Positions 10,426-17,883 of a stretch of 64,000 nt of DNA are shown here, in pieces. The notes beneath the pieces are model-generated. The model was not told the origin of the DNA. It searched no databases and saw nothing but the letters and a program-made list of their open reading frames with translations. Source of the stretch: an uncultured Verrucomicrobiae bacterium. Lineage in GTDB: Bacteria; Verrucomicrobiota; Verrucomicrobiia; Chthoniobacterales; UBA10450. The stretch covers positions 104,275 to 168,274 of the forward strand of contig CAVSMG010000019.1 of the NCBI GenBank assembly GCA_963728955.1. Reading direction: 5' to 3'. Made by a program: the position numbers and the translations under genes. The first letter of the stretch is position 1. Every line of letters starts with the position of its first letter.

Positions 10426-10998
10426 CTACTTATGAATTTTCTTTTTCTTCTTTTGTCCGTGCTTCTTCTTCACCGGCGTGCTCGATGGCGTCGGCGACGG
10501 CGTGCCAGAAACCTCTGGCGTCGGCGATGGTCGCACCCGGGGCTGGTCTAGTAAATCTTGGTGAGTTGTCTTCAGCGCTTGCAACGCCAGTTTGAGTTCC
10601 GGAGTCGTCGCCAGCGCAGACATCCGCTGATAATAAACCTCATAGTAGTCGTGGAGCCGGTTTCGCTTTTCCAAATCTGTCCGAGCATACTGCGCGTATT
10701 TCTTTGCCGCCTGCACCTGTGGATCGTTGACGGTGCGGTTTTTCAATTCCCGCCATAGCACATGCATCCGGAGCGCATCGGCATCTTTGCCCAGCGATTT
10801 GGGCTTAAAACTTTCGTCGAGCTGTTTCAGTTCTGGCAAGTCGGGGCCGTTGGGCGGAGGCGAGGGGCTGGTCTCCTCTTCTTCTGGCTGACCTTGATCG
10901 GGGAGGAGGTCCACCGATGGCGGTGCGGCTTCCTGTCCATGCATTACCAACGCGGCAATCAACAGCGCTGTAAAAACGATTAGCCCGTATATTTTCAT
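10426..10998 (-). CDS. Hypothetical secreted protein (signal peptide, acidic/Pro-rich N-region, Lys-rich C-tail)
   Basis: Start at MKIYGLIVFTALLIAALVMHG (10998). The longer ORF to 11115 would overlap the tRNA. No recognisable domain. Confidence 0.5.
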   Translation of the reverse strand: MKIYGLIVFTALLIAALVMHGQEAAPPSVDLLPDQGQPEEEETSPSPPPNGPDLPELKQLDESFKPKSLGKDADALRMHVLWRELKNRTVNDPQVQAAKKYAQYARTDLEKRNRLHDYYEVYYQRMSALATTPELKLALQALKTTHQDLLDQPRVRPSPTPEVSGTPSPTPSSTPVKKKHGQKKKKKIHK

Positions 10999-11072
10999 CC
11001 AAGCTGAGCCAATGTACCTGAATTTTCCGATGCGGGAAGGTGCTAGCCGTGGTAAAGAATGGCGCCGCAATT

Positions 11073-11146
<74 letters not shown>

Positions 11147-11155
11147 TGTGAACTT

Positions 11156-14100
11156 CTACCCCAAATTCGGCGCGAGCCGTTTTTCGACTGCCGCAACTGG
11201 TTCGCCGTGCCGCAGCGCGTAATCCCTGACTTGATCGCGCCCGATTTGCCCGACTCCGAAATATTTTGCCCCCGGATGCGAAAAATAAAGTCCGCTTACA
11301 CTGGCACCAGGATGCATGGCAAACGATTCCGTCAGTTTGATCCCGGCGTTTTCCTCCGCATCGAGCAGATCGAATAGGGTTCGTTTCTCGGCGTGATCGG
11401 GACAAGCGGGATAACCGGCAGCGGGCCGAATGCCGAGATATTTCTCACGAATGAGATCAGCATTCGATAATTGTTCGTCGCGCCCAAACCCCCAAGCGAT
11501 GCGAGCTTGTTGGTGCAGGTATTCAGCGAACGCTTCAGCTAATCGATCTGCCAAAGCTTTGGCCATAATCGCGCTGTAGTCGTCGAGCTGACCCTTGAAT
11601 TCCTCAGCGAGCTCATCCGCGCCATGAATCGAGACCGCAAATCCCCCGAGATAATCGCGAAGTAGCGCATGCGTCTCGCTTGCATTTGCAGAGCCTGCAA
11701 GCCGGAGGCTCGCACTACTCTGAGGCGCGACGTAATCGGCCAGACAGTGATTGGGTTGCCCCGATGGCTTTTGCATTTGCTGACGCAAAAAATAAAACGT
11801 TGCGATTTTTTCAGTGCCGGTGTCATCAGCGTAAACATCAACATCGTCGCCGACGGCATTTGCCCGCCAAAACGCATAGACGCCGCGCGGGAACAGGAGA
11901 TTCTGCGCTACGATGCGTTCAAGGAGTTCCTGCGCGTCATCGAAAAGTTCACGCGCTTGTTTGCCGATCTTAGGATCGTCGAAGATCGCCGGATAGCGTC
12001 CGCGCAATTCCCACGTATGAAAGAACGGTGACCAATCGACGTATTCGACCAGATCACGAACAGTGATCGCGACTTTCTGGGGAGCGCACGCCGCCGGCGT
12101 GTCCATCCCAGGCGCTGGCCGGGATGTTTCCTTCCCAGCATACCAAACCCAGGGATAATCTTCACCGGGTTGGGCAACGCCTGCGTCCCACGGATTCCGC
12201 GCAATGTATTTGAATTTTTCCTGCAGATCGCTTTCGGAGCGAATCAATCGATCAAAGGATTCACGCTCCCACACTGGTCCGCTTTTTTCTTTGAGCTCAT
12301 TAATCTTGTGAGCGGTGAAGGACTTAAGACTGTGCAGAATGTCGGTGAGCGAATAGAATTCCGTAGCGTCCGGAGTCTGACTCCTCACCCGTGGTTCAAT
12401 CAGGATGTGAACGTGATCTGGCATCACACACGCTGCGTAGAGCTCGTATCGCCGCTCATTCCAATACAGGATGCAATCCAGGACGATTTTGCGAGCGGCG
12501 TCGCTTAATTTTTGTCGAGCGTTTGTGCTCCAAGTAATCGCGTACTTTGCCCACGGGCGTTCAAAGCGCGGGAGCCGCCTTTTGCTGTAATGAGTATCAC
12601 TGAAAGTTTCCGGCGGGCCGCCGGAAACAGCACGCGAGCCGCGTGCGCTCCCCGGATCGCTGCCATAAACACGAAGTCCCAGAAATTCCGGGTTCGGCGG
12701 GACATAATTGTTCCAATCGATCGGCGTATGATTTGCGCGTGCTTCCTCGAGCGTCAGTAGTTTCTTTCTTTCGGTTTTTGCTGCGTGCTCCCGGCGCAAC
12801 CGCTCGTAGTCTTCGCGCGTTTTTTTGTCGAACTCCGATTTGAGTTCCTCGTTAAGCAGCGAATTCACCACCCCGACGGCGCGTGACGCATCGAGCACGT
12901 GCACGGTGCTGGCGCGATAATGCGGAGCGATCTTGACTGCCGTATGCGTCCGGCTGGTTGTCGCTCCGCCAATCAGGAGCGGCACGCGGAATCCCTCGCG
13001 CTCCATCTCCTGCGCGACGTGCACCATCTCGTCGAGCGACGGCGTAATCAGCCCGCTTAGACCGATTACGTCGGCGTTTTTCTCGCGCGCTATGTCCAAA
13101 ATCTTCGCTACCGGAACCATCACGCCAAGATCGATGACGTCGTAATTGTTACATTGCAGAACCACGCCCACGATATTTTTACCGATATCGTGCACGTCGC
13201 CTTTAACCGTGGCCATCACGATGCGACCCTGCGGTTTCGCATCAGCAGATTTTTCGGCTTCCATGAAGGGCATCAGGTATGCCACCGCTTTTTTCATTAC
13301 CCGCGCACTCTTTACGACCTGCGGGAGAAACATTCTGCCCGACCCGAACAAGTCGCCTACCACACTCATCCCGGCCATGAGCGGACCCTCGATCACTTCG
13401 AGCGGTCGCTTGTATTCGCGGCGCGCTTCCTCTGTATCGTTGTCGATGTAATCGGTGACGCCTTTGATCAACGCGTGCTTCAGGCGCTCTTGCACAGGCT
13501 GCTTTCGCCACGTTTCATCGGCGACAGGTGTTTTTCCCTTCGCCTTTACGCGTTCCGCGAACTCGACGAGCCGTTCGGTTGCATCATCGCGGCGGTTTAA
13601 CAGCACATCTTCGACACGTTCGCGCAGCTCGGGTTCGATTTCTTCATAAACTGCCAGTTGTCCGGCGTTCACGATCCCCATGTCGAGCCCGGCGCGGATA
13701 GCGTGAAAGAGAAAAGCGGCGTGCATTGCTTCGCGCACGGTGTTGTTGCCGCGAAACGAAAACGAAATGTTGCTCACCCCGCCGCTGACTCGCGCACCTG
13801 GAAGGTTTTGCTTGATCCAGCGCGTCGCTTCAATGAAATCGACCGCGTAATTGCGGTGCTCCTCCAGGCCGGTAGCGATGGTCAGAATGTTTGGATCAAA
13901 AATGATGTCGCTCGAGGGAAGCTCAGCCCTCCGGGTCAACAGATCGTACGCGCGCGCACAAATCTCGATTTTGCGCTGGAAATTGTCGGCCTGCCCTTTC
14001 TCATCGAACGCCATCACGATGGCGGCCGCGCCGTATCGTCGAATCAATTGCGCCTGGCGTAGAAATTCCTCTTCACCGTTTTTCAAACTGATGGAGTTCA

Positions 14101-14479
14101 CGACGGCTTTCCCCTGCAAACATTTGAGTCCAGCCTCGATTACGCTCCACTTTGAGCTGTCGATCACGATAGGGATGCGCACGATTTCTGGTTCGCTACC
14201 TATCAAGTTCAGGAAGCGAGTCATGGCTGCTTCCGAATCGATCATCCCCTCATCCATGTTCACGTCGAGCAGGTTCGCGCCGCCCTGCACCTGCTGACGC
14301 GCGACGGCCAAAGCGCCTTCGAAATCGTCCGCGAGGATCAGCTTCGAAAATTTTGGCGAGCCCGTGATGTTGGTGCGCTCCCCGATCACGGCGAAACCGA
14401 ATTCCGGCGTGATCTTTAGCGGTTCCAGCCCTGACAATTGCAGGGCGTTTTCGTCAAACGCCATTTCTTCGATCGGCAT
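11156..14479 (-). CDS. metH: Cobalamin-dependent methionine synthase: pterin-binding, B12-binding and AdoMet-reactivation modules. The Hcy module is in the upstream ORF. The gene carries an in-frame RayT-like insertion.
   Basis: Uninterrupted 1107-aa ORF. Motifs seen: LSGLEPL...[11 protein letters not shown] (pterin barrel), GDVHDIGKN plus GLSGLIT (B12 DxHxxG/SxL), and [13 protein letters not shown] plus [12 protein letters not shown] (activation domain). About 190 extra residues sit between EFLGLRVY and [12 protein letters not shown]. Confidence 0.9.
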   Translation of the reverse strand: MPIEEMAFDENALQLSGLEPLKITPEFGFAVIGERTNITGSPKFSKLILADDFEGALAVARQQVQGGANLLDVNMDEGMIDSEAAMTRFLNLIGSEPEIVRIPIVIDSSKWSVIEAGLKCLQGKAVVNSISLKNGEEEFLRQAQLIRRYGAAAIVMAFDEKGQADNFQRKIEICARAYDLLTRRAELPSSDIIFDPNILTIATGLEEHRNYAVDFIEATRWIKQNLPGARVSGGVSNISFSFRGNNTVREAMHAAFLFHAIRAGLDMGIVNAGQLAVYEEIEPELRERVEDVLLNRRDDATERLVEFAERVKAKGKTPVADETWRKQPVQERLKHALIKGVTDYIDNDTEEARREYKRPLEVIEGPLMAGMSVVGDLFGSGRMFLPQVVKSARVMKKAVAYLMPFMEAEKSADAKPQGRIVMATVKGDVHDIGKNIVGVVLQCNNYDVIDLGVMVPVAKILDIAREKNADVIGLSGLITPSLDEMVHVAQEMEREGFRVPLLIGGATTSRTHTAVKIAPHYRASTVHVLDASRAVGVVNSLLNEELKSEFDKKTREDYERLRREHAAKTERKKLLTLEEARANHTPIDWNNYVPPNPEFLGLRVYGSDPGSARGSRAVSGGPPETFSDTHYSKRRLPRFERPWAKYAITWSTNARQKLSDAARKIVLDCILYWNERRYELYAACVMPDHVHILIEPRVRSQTPDATEFYSLTDILHSLKSFTAHKINELKEKSGPVWERESFDRLIRSESDLQEKFKYIARNPWDAGVAQPGEDYPWVWYAGKETSRPAPGMDTPAACAPQKVAITVRDLVEYVDWSPFFHTWELRGRYPAIFDDPKIGKQARELFDDAQELLERIVAQNLLFPRGVYAFWRANAVGDDVDVYADDTGTEKIATFYFLRQQMQKPSGQPNHCLADYVAPQSSASLRLAGSANASETHALLRDYLGGFAVSIHGADELAEEFKGQLDDYSAIMAKALADRLAEAFAEYLHQQARIAWGFGRDEQLSNADLIREKYLGIRPAAGYPACPDHAEKRTLFDLLDAEENAGIKLTESFAMHPGASVSGLYFSHPGAKYFGVGQIGRDQVRDYALRHGEPVAAVEKRLAPNLG
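12079..12653 (-). mobile_element. RayT-like HUH/Y1 transposase module embedded in-frame in metH, bounded by 13-bp inverted repeats
   Basis: GGGGAGCGCACGC at 12079-12091 and its exact reverse complement at 12641-12653. The encoded segment has RRLPRFE, HUH ([10 protein letters not shown]) and the catalytic Tyr motif ([13 protein letters not shown]). Confidence 0.7.
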
Positions 14480-15590
14480 CTGACAAAGACGCCCTACTGT
14501 TTAGTTCGCGCGGTTTGCAATCCTGCACGGCCTTTGCGATTGCGCCGATGTGTTCCGGGGTTGTTCCGCAACAGCCGCCCACCAGGTTCAGCCAGCCGTT
14601 GGCCGCCCATGCGACAACTTTCGGCGCAAAGGTTGCCGCTGTTTCAGGAAATCCCGTCGGCGAAAGGGGATCGGGCAATCCCGCATTCGGATAGGCGCCC
14701 ACGTAAAATGGCGCGACCCGCGAAACTTCTTCGATGAAGGGTTCCATTTCATCCGGACCCAGTGCGCAGTTCAAACCAAGGATGAGCGGTTGCGCGTGGG
14801 CGATGGAAATAATGAACGCTTCCACCGTTTGGCCGCTCAGGTTACGTCCGGATTTGTCGATCACAGTGCCCGAGATCATCAACGGCACGCTGCGTCCGGT
14901 TTTTCCCAATGCATCACTGATTGCGAACAGCGCGGCCTTTCCATTAAGCGTGTCGAAAATGGTTTCGACGATGAGAAGATCGACACCGCCTTCGAGCAGC
15001 GCTTTCGCTTGATCGAGGTAAGTTTGGCGAAGCTGATCGAACGAGACCGCACGAAAGGCAGAATCGTTTACGTCAGGTGAAATCGAACCCGCGACTGGAA
15101 GGGGACCCATTGATCCGCCAACAAATCGCTGTTGTCCGGTTTCATTCGCGGCGCGATCTGCCGCGGCGCGCGCGATACGCGCTGCTTCAAAATTGATTTC
15201 CTGAACGAGCGCTCGAAGACCGGCATCGTCCACCACGCGCTGAAAGAATTCCTGATCTTTGCGGTCACGAGTGGGTTCGCCTTGAAACAGGAAATCGTGC
15301 GAACCGATTGTTGTTCCGCTAAAGGTGTTGGTTTCGATAATGTCCGCGCCGGCGTCGAGGTACTTGGAATGAATCTCCTCAATGACCCGTGGTTGCGTCA
15401 CGTTCAGCAGCTCAAGACTGCCTTTGAGATCTTTCCCTTTCCAATCGCGAAACCGTTTCCCACGATAGTCCGCCTCGGACAATCCGTAGCCCTGAATCAT
15501 CGTGCCCATTGCGCCATCGAGCACGGCTATGCGTTCGCGCATCAGCGATTCCAGAGGATGAAGCCCATGAGTTGCCATGATGTCCGGCAA
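14454..15590 (-). CDS. Homocysteine S-methyltransferase module of methionine synthase (MetH N-terminal domain as a separate ORF)
   Basis: 378-aa ORF with [12 protein letters not shown] and IIETNTF, and the zinc-ligand region LNCALGP ... [11 protein letters not shown]. Its 3' end overlaps the metH ORF start by 26 nt in another frame. Confidence 0.85.
   Translation of the reverse strand: MPDIMATHGLHPLESLMRERIAVLDGAMGTMIQGYGLSEADYRGKRFRDWKGKDLKGSLELLNVTQPRVIEEIHSKYLDAGADIIETNTFSGTTIGSHDFLFQGEPTRDRKDQEFFQRVVDDAGLRALVQEINFEAARIARAAADRAANETGQQRFVGGSMGPLPVAGSISPDVNDSAFRAVSFDQLRQTYLDQAKALLEGGVDLLIVETIFDTLNGKAALFAISDALGKTGRSVPLMISGTVIDKSGRNLSGQTVEAFIISIAHAQPLILGLNCALGPDEMEPFIEEVSRVAPFYVGAYPNAGLPDPLSPTGFPETAATFAPKVVAWAANGWLNLVGGCCGTTPEHIGAIAKAVQDCKPRELNSRASLSDADRRNGV
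14475..14500. repeat. Degenerate half-REP at the junction of the two methionine synthase ORFs
   Basis: GGCATCTGACAAAGACGCCCTACT differs at 3 of 24 positions from the REP arm GGCGTCTGACACAGACGCCCTACA at 47991-48014. The metH ATG (14477-14479, minus) lies inside it. Confidence 0.6.
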
Positions 15591-15658
15591 CTAAAAAGGC
15601 GTTTCCCTAATGAATCAAGAAACAAATTGATGCATCATGATGCGTAGATGTGTTGATT

Positions 15659-15688
15659 AACCACGAATGGACACGAACGCACACGAAT
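15659..15688. repeat. Decamer array AACCACGAATGG-ACACGAACGC-ACACGAAT (cacgaat family), solo copy
   Basis: Same 30-bp array as the terminal repeats of the GxxExxY cassettes at 36154 and 37400. Confidence 0.7.
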
Positions 15689-15723
15689 GTTGTGGAGGCG
15701 GTTGTTGTGTCAATCGCCTGAAG

Positions 15724-15773
15724 TGTAGGGCGTCTGTGTCAGACGCCGAGGTGTTTCAGAGAAACGCCCTACA
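15724..15773. repeat. REP element, TGTAGGGCG family
   Basis: TGTAGGGCGTCTGTGTCAGACGCC-GAGGT-GTTTCAGAGAAACGCCCTACA. It has an inner palindrome GGCGTCTG/CAGACGCC and outer arms TGTAGGGCG/CGCCCTACA. Near-identical copies lie at 39392 and 47956. Confidence 0.8.
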
Positions 15774-15787
15774 ATGGGAATCCCGCG

Positions 15788-16543
15788 CTACGGCGCTATG
15801 CGATCGGTGAGAGTATCGGTATGAAAATCGGTGTGATCGCGCAAACGCGACCAGGGACTGTCCTTTTTGGATGTATCCGCCACGCTGGTTTTCTCACCCT
15901 TTGCAAAGTCGTCCCAGGAATTGTACCGAGCGATGGCGAGAAACGTCCAGTTGGCACCCTCCAGGTGCTGCATCAGCACATTGCCCGCAGTGGTGTCATT
16001 GGATGCGTTCGGCAGTTCACCGAGCATCTTCTCCAGTTGCTCCCGATGACCCGGAGCAGGACGATAATAGGAAACGGAATAAACCGAGCCTACCGTGTTC
16101 GATTTCGAGTCTGCGTCAATGCCCATGGCCTTGGTAAACTCCTCCCACGATGGGCCGTTCACGAACGTGTCGGTGTGCCACTCGCTCAAGTTACGTTTGT
16201 CTGCAGGCACAGCCGTCCCCGCAGCTTCTACCGTCGCTTTCGGGCCGAGATGCGTGATGACCACGTAATCCCATGCGTCCCCATCCTGGTGACGAAGAAC
16301 AATAAAATGATCCGGCATCGGATTAGTTTGATCGGGTGTTTTCAGCCAATCGCCCAATTGCGCGGCTTTGCCGAGCGCGGCCTTGGTGAAATGGACATGA
16401 TAAACATCGGTTCGTTTGCTCGTCCCGGCGGGCGTGGCGCTCTTGCCAGCGGTACTCGTCTTTGATGTGCCCTGGGCCCGAACCAATGTCACAGGCAACA
16501 GGCTCAGTAATGTGACGGCGACAATAATCGTAACTGATTTCAT
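15788..16543 (-). CDS. Hypothetical secreted protein
   Basis: 251-aa ORF with a clear signal peptide (MKSVTIIVAVTLLSLLPVTLVRAQG). No domain recognised. Confidence 0.6.
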   Translation of the reverse strand: MKSVTIIVAVTLLSLLPVTLVRAQGTSKTSTAGKSATPAGTSKRTDVYHVHFTKAALGKAAQLGDWLKTPDQTNPMPDHFIVLRHQDGDAWDYVVITHLGPKATVEAAGTAVPADKRNLSEWHTDTFVNGPSWEEFTKAMGIDADSKSNTVGSVYSVSYYRPAPGHREQLEKMLGELPNASNDTTAGNVLMQHLEGANWTFLAIARYNSWDDFAKGEKTSVADTSKKDSPWSRLRDHTDFHTDTLTDRIAP

Positions 16544-16793
16544 GATTTTTTTCTGATTTAAGGTTGAACGAGAGCTCGTTCGAGATCCGTGCAGCCAGCT
16601 TTGGCGAGCAGCTTAGAGCGCGTGTGCTTCGTTAATTGTTTGGTTTGGTGACGGTTATCGTGGCCACGGTCTTAGCTGTCAACGCTTAAATGAAAGGTAA
16701 GCCAAAAGTCCTATGCATAGCGCAACTGATGTTGTATAAGAATAGATCAGGCGAATAACTGTTGCGGAGGACGTTTTAACCACTCTGGTACGG

Positions 16794-17585
16794 ATGCCGA
16801 TATCAAAAACCAAAACAGCGCGCGCGCCAGACGGTTCAGAAAAGAACGTCGCAAAGACGCGAATCCTAGTGTTGGACGAGCACACACTGCTTCGCTTTGG
16901 GCTCAACGCTTATCTCAATTCCCAGCCCAACATGATTGTCTGCGGCGAGGCGAACAGCATACCGGACGCGCGGAGTAAGATCGCCGAATGCCAGCCTCAT
17001 CTGCTGTTGACGGCATTCCGGCTTGGCACCGGCGACACTTTGGAATTTGTCCAAGCGCTTAAGGCGGAAAAGCCCGGGTTGCTGATCCTGGTTTACGCCG
17101 CGTTGAAGGAAAGCATTTTTGCCGAGTGGGCGTTGCGCGCAGGCGCAAATGGCTATCTGGCAAAGACGGCAGCCAAGGAAGAGTTGCTGACCGCCATCCG
17201 CGAGGTTTTGCGCGGCCAGATTTATGTCAGCCGGGATTTAACCATGCCCGGGTTCCAAAAATCGCTGAGACCTTCGGCGAAAAACCGCGTTTCCGGAAAT
17301 CTGCCAGTCGTCGATAACCTGTCTCACCGCGAGACGCATGTTTTTCTGTTGATCGGCTCCGGGCTGGGCACGAAGAAAATTGCCCACTCGTTGCGGCTGC
17401 GCGCGAAAACGATCGAAACGCACCGCGAGAACATCAAACACAAACTTGGCCTGAATTCCGGTCGGCAATTGGTTGAGCGCGCGATTAAATTCGTGGGAGG
17501 AGAACATGCTGCCGCAACAAGACGAGATCGCAGTCGGCAGGAAGAAAGTGGTTCTCTTCCCGGCCTCGTAATCGGCGATGCTTGA
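16794..17585 (+). CDS. LuxR/NarL-family response regulator with atypical (Asp-less) receiver domain
   Basis: The receiver-like N-half runs from ILVLDEH to GANGYLAK. The C-terminal HTH is LSHRETHVFLLIGSGLGTKKIAHSLRLRAKTIETHRENI. The phospho-acceptor position reads LLLTAFRL where NarL has LILLDLNM. Confidence 0.8.
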   Translation: MPISKTKTARAPDGSEKNVAKTRILVLDEHTLLRFGLNAYLNSQPNMIVCGEANSIPDARSKIAECQPHLLLTAFRLGTGDTLEFVQALKAEKPGLLILVYAALKESIFAEWALRAGANGYLAKTAAKEELLTAIREVLRGQIYVSRDLTMPGFQKSLRPSAKNRVSGNLPVVDNLSHRETHVFLLIGSGLGTKKIAHSLRLRAKTIETHRENIKHKLGLNSGRQLVERAIKFVGGEHAAATRRDRSRQEESGSLPGLVIGDA

Positions 17586-17606
17586 GCTTTGCTGTTCAAT
17601 CGCCGC

Positions 17607-17876
17607 TCAGTATTCGGCAAAGGCTTCATCCGGGTAGCAGTAGAGCCAGCGTTCGCCCGGTTGAGCGGAAGCGATGACAGGATGTCCCGTGGCATGCGCG
17701 TGTTTGCTGGCATGTTGGTTCGGCGAGCTGTCGCAGCACAGCGTTACGCCGCACGTCTGGCATGTCCGCAGATGAACCCAGTAACTGCCGATTTTCACGC
17801 ACTCTTCGCATTCACGGCGACCCGGTTGCTTGATTGATCCAACGGCATTCAAATGAGCACAGCCTCGGTCGGTCAT
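17607..17876 (-). CDS. UBP-type zinc-finger domain protein
   Basis: 89-aa ORF with the Cys/His pattern CAHL...CEECV...WVHLRTCQTCGVTLCCDSSPNQHASKHAHATGHPV, typical of zf-UBP. Confidence 0.8.
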   Translation of the reverse strand: MTDRGCAHLNAVGSIKQPGRRECEECVKIGSYWVHLRTCQTCGVTLCCDSSPNQHASKHAHATGHPVIASAQPGERWLYCYPDEAFAEY

Positions 17877-17883
17877 GATTCGT

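Noticed and set aside
12079-12653. The metH insertion might be an intein.
   Set aside because: The N-junction has no Cys/Ser/Thr, the C-junction has no His-Asn followed by Cys/Ser/Thr, and there are no Hint or LAGLIDADG motifs. The segment instead carries HUH and Y1 transposase motifs and is bounded by DNA inverted repeats.
15591-15787. A possible cobalamin or SAM riboswitch in the leader of the methionine synthase operon.
   Set aside because: No B12-box-like or SAM-I consensus elements were recognisable by eye. The region is mostly occupied by a decamer array and a REP element. A covariance-model scan would be needed to be certain.
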